A DNA stretch of 64,000 nt from Candidatus Lutacidiplasmatales archaeon (GTDB taxonomy: Archaea > Thermoplasmatota > Thermoplasmata > Lutacidiplasmatales > UBA184), in contig JBIOKR010000003.1 in the NCBI GenBank assembly GCA_044451945.1, forward strand, positions 20,605 through 84,604. Reading direction: 5' to 3'. A program made the translations under genes and the position numbers. This document shows positions 62,391 to 64,000 of the stretch, piece by piece. The notes below the pieces were generated by a model, which had not been told where the DNA came from, did no database searches, and saw only the letters and a list, made by a program, of their open reading frames with translations. The stretch's first letter is position 1, and the number at the start of each line of letters is the position of its first letter.

Positions 62391-64000
62391 TCACACCCGG
62401 TCCCAATTCCCCGGGCTTCCCGGGGGTGGGGCTCGACCTTTGGGCTTGGGTGGCGCGGCCCTGGGAGGGGGGATTGCTGAGCGAGGAACTCGCTTCACCG
62501 GCTCCTTCGGCGTGGCCATTGCGGCTCCTCCTTTCTTTCGGCGGTGGGAGAGGACGAGCAGCGCGACGATGGCGAGCACGGCCGCGGCCCCCGCCCCACC
62601 GATGATGAGCGGGGAGGAGAATGGCATGGAGTTCGCCTGCAGCACCTCCACCTTCACCGAGTGGCTCGCGTGTTCGCCGAGCGCGTCGTGGACCGAGATC
62701 GAGATGTTGTAGACCCCGATGTCATTCGGGGTGCAGGTGAGCTGCGCCGCGTCGACGGACGGGCAGCCGGAGGGCAACCCGGTGTAGTTGTAGGTCAGTT
62801 TCCCATACCCTCCGCCCGCCTTCACGACGAGCCGGAACGGTTGGTGGACGGTCGCCAGGGTGGGAGCGACTACAGTGAAGTCGAAGATCAGCTGAAACCC
62901 GGTCGACGCATTGGACGAGACGCCGTTCAGATCCGTCACGATGACGCTGAAGTTGTAGAAACCGGCCTGGGTGGGAAGACAGCCGATCGATGGGCTGTTT
63001 ACCGAGACGCAACCGGGAGGAAGGTCGAGATAGGAGTAGGAGTAGGGGCCAGCCCCGCCGGAGGCCGTGGCGTTGATGAGGATCGTCTGACCCAGGAGCG
63101 GGGTCGCGTTCGAAACAGTCAACACCACAGTGAGCGCCGGGTCGACGACGACGTTCTGGGCGATGTATGCGGAGCCCCCACCCGAGTCGTTCAACCACAG
63201 TTGGGCCCTAAAGGAGCCGTTCACCGCATAGGGGTGGGAAACGTTCTGCGCTGCCGCGCCGCTCCCGTCCCCGAAGTTCCAGGAGAAATGATCGGGTCCA
63301 ATGCCGCCGGTGGGGCTCGCCGCGAAGCTCACGGGCGCCCCGACGTCGGTCGGGTTCGGTGAAGCAGTCAACACCCCCGAGAGGCGGGCGGCGACGCTCA
63401 GCGAGGTGAGCGCCATGCCCGTGTTGCCGGCGCCGTCCGTCGCTACGACCTGGAGGGTGAACGCCCCCGGGCTCGTTGGGGTGCAGGAGAGCGAGGAGGT
63501 GTTGGCGCTCGAGCAGCCCGCGGGTAGGCCGGCGTAGGCGTACGTGATGGCCCCGATGCCGCCGGTGGAGACCACGACCAGCGTCGTCGTAGCTAGGGTC
63601 GATGAGCCGATCTCGAGCGCGGAAGGGGTCGCAGTAAACGAGGAGATGAGCACCGGAGTGACGAGGAGCGACGTCGTGGAGTTGACGACGTTCCCCCCGC
63701 TATCGCGGACGAAGACGTGGACGGTGAAGTTTCCGGTAGTGGTCGGGGTGCACGGCAGCGTCGACGCGTTCGTCGACGAGCAGCCGTTCGGTAGTCCCGT
63801 GTAGAGGTAGGCGAGCGGACGAATCCCTCCGTTCACGCTGACGTTGAACGTGGCGTTCGCGCCGAGCCGGATCGTCGAGGGGGTCACCGAGAACGAGCGG
63901 ATGCTCGGGTTGGGGTCGACCGTGAGGCTGACGGTAAGCGTCGCCGGATAGCCGAGCGAATCGACGACCTTCGCGGTGATCGAGTAGTTCCCGGTCGACG
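62391..64000 (-). CDS. C-terminally anchored PKD-repeat surface protein, N-terminus outside window
   Basis: The frame is open from 62391 to the window end. I checked codons 63888-63998 by hand: ...STGNYSITAKVVDSLGYPATLTVSLTVDPNPSIRSFS. The TM anchor is LIIGGAGAAAVLAIVALLVL followed by SHRRKK and a Pro-rich tail. Confidence 0.8.
   Translation of the reverse strand, partial: STGNYSITAKVVDSLGYPATLTVSLTVDPNPSIRSFSVTPSTIRLGANATFNVSVNGGIRPLAYLYTGLPNGCSSTNASTLPCTPTTTGNFTVHVFVRDSGGNVVNSTTSLLVTPVLISSFTATPSALEIGSSTLATTTLVVVSTGGIGAITYAYAGLPAGCSSANTSSLSCTPTSPGAFTLQVVATDGAGNTGMALTSLSVAARLSGVLTASPNPTDVGAPVSFAASPTGGIGPDHFSWNFGDGSGAAAQNVSHPYAVNGSFRAQLWLNDSGGGSAYIAQNVVVDPALTVVLTVSNATPLLGQTILINATASGGAGPYSYSYLDLPPGCVSVNSPSIGCLPTQAGFYNFSVIVTDLNGVSSNASTGFQLIFDFTVVAPTLATVHQPFRLVVKAGGGYGKLTYNYTGLPSGCPSVDAAQLTCTPNDIGVYNISISVHDALGEHASHSVKVEVLQANSMPFSSPLIIGGAGAAAVLAIVALLVLSHRRKKGGAAMATPKEPVKRVPRSAIPPPRAAPPKPKGRAPPPGSPGNWDRV
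62646..64000 (-). repeat. tandem PKD-type repeats: Cys-pair variant (YLYTGLPNGC, YAYAGLPAGC, YSYLDLPPGC, YNYTGLPSGC) plus one canonical PKD unit (FSWNFGDGSGAAAQNVSHPYAVNGSFRAQLWLNDSGG)
   Basis: At least six consecutive ~85-90 aa units were read from the translation. Boundaries are approximate. Confidence 0.7.

Overview
High-GC (roughly 68% by eye) archaeal chromosomal window, read manually with no searches. Archaeal origin is supported by topoisomerase VI B/A, primase PriS, Rio1 plus a KH/Dim2-like protein, ribosomal protein L41e, a thermopsin-family protease, and TATA-like boxes about 25-35 nt upstream of many start codons. A Thermoplasmata-like lineage is inference only. Core content: priS (partial), KH protein, rio1, an NfeD-SPFH pair, an 11-gene nuoABCDHIJKLMN operon with no nuoEFG followed by geranylgeranyl reductase and polyprenyl synthase, a C-N hydrolase, top6B/top6A, rpl41e, sucCD, coaBC, an M3 peptidase, and assorted HAD, SDR, GNAT, SRPBCC and methyltransferase genes. 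Accessory content: (i) an envelope locus at 37.7-45.6 kb with a ~1310-aa glycoprotein-like surface protein and a membrane-anchored thermopsin homologue; (ii) two visibly lower-GC patches (about 32.5-34.5 kb and 57.1-62.1 kb) carrying orphan secreted or anchored proteins in paralogous pairs, a VapBC module, a Kelch propeller and a second PKD-repeat surface protein; (iii) a metal/zinc-finger-rich stretch at 52-56.3 kb that includes a three-gene operon around a heme-oxygenase-like putative di-iron enzyme. Two small genes below the ORF-track cutoff were found by hand: L41e (35 aa) and a DUF1059-like protein (52 aa). PriS was also absent from the track because it runs off the window edge. I recognised no rRNA, tRNA, CRISPR array, transposase or integrase. 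Many long track ORFs are antisense or read-through shadows typical of high-GC DNA. Nothing here is a demonstrably new system. The best candidates for follow-up are the HDO-like operon, the extended NuoI, the surface-protein N-terminal domain, the divergent secreted paralogs and a strongly self-complementary intergenic region at 37.4-37.7 kb.
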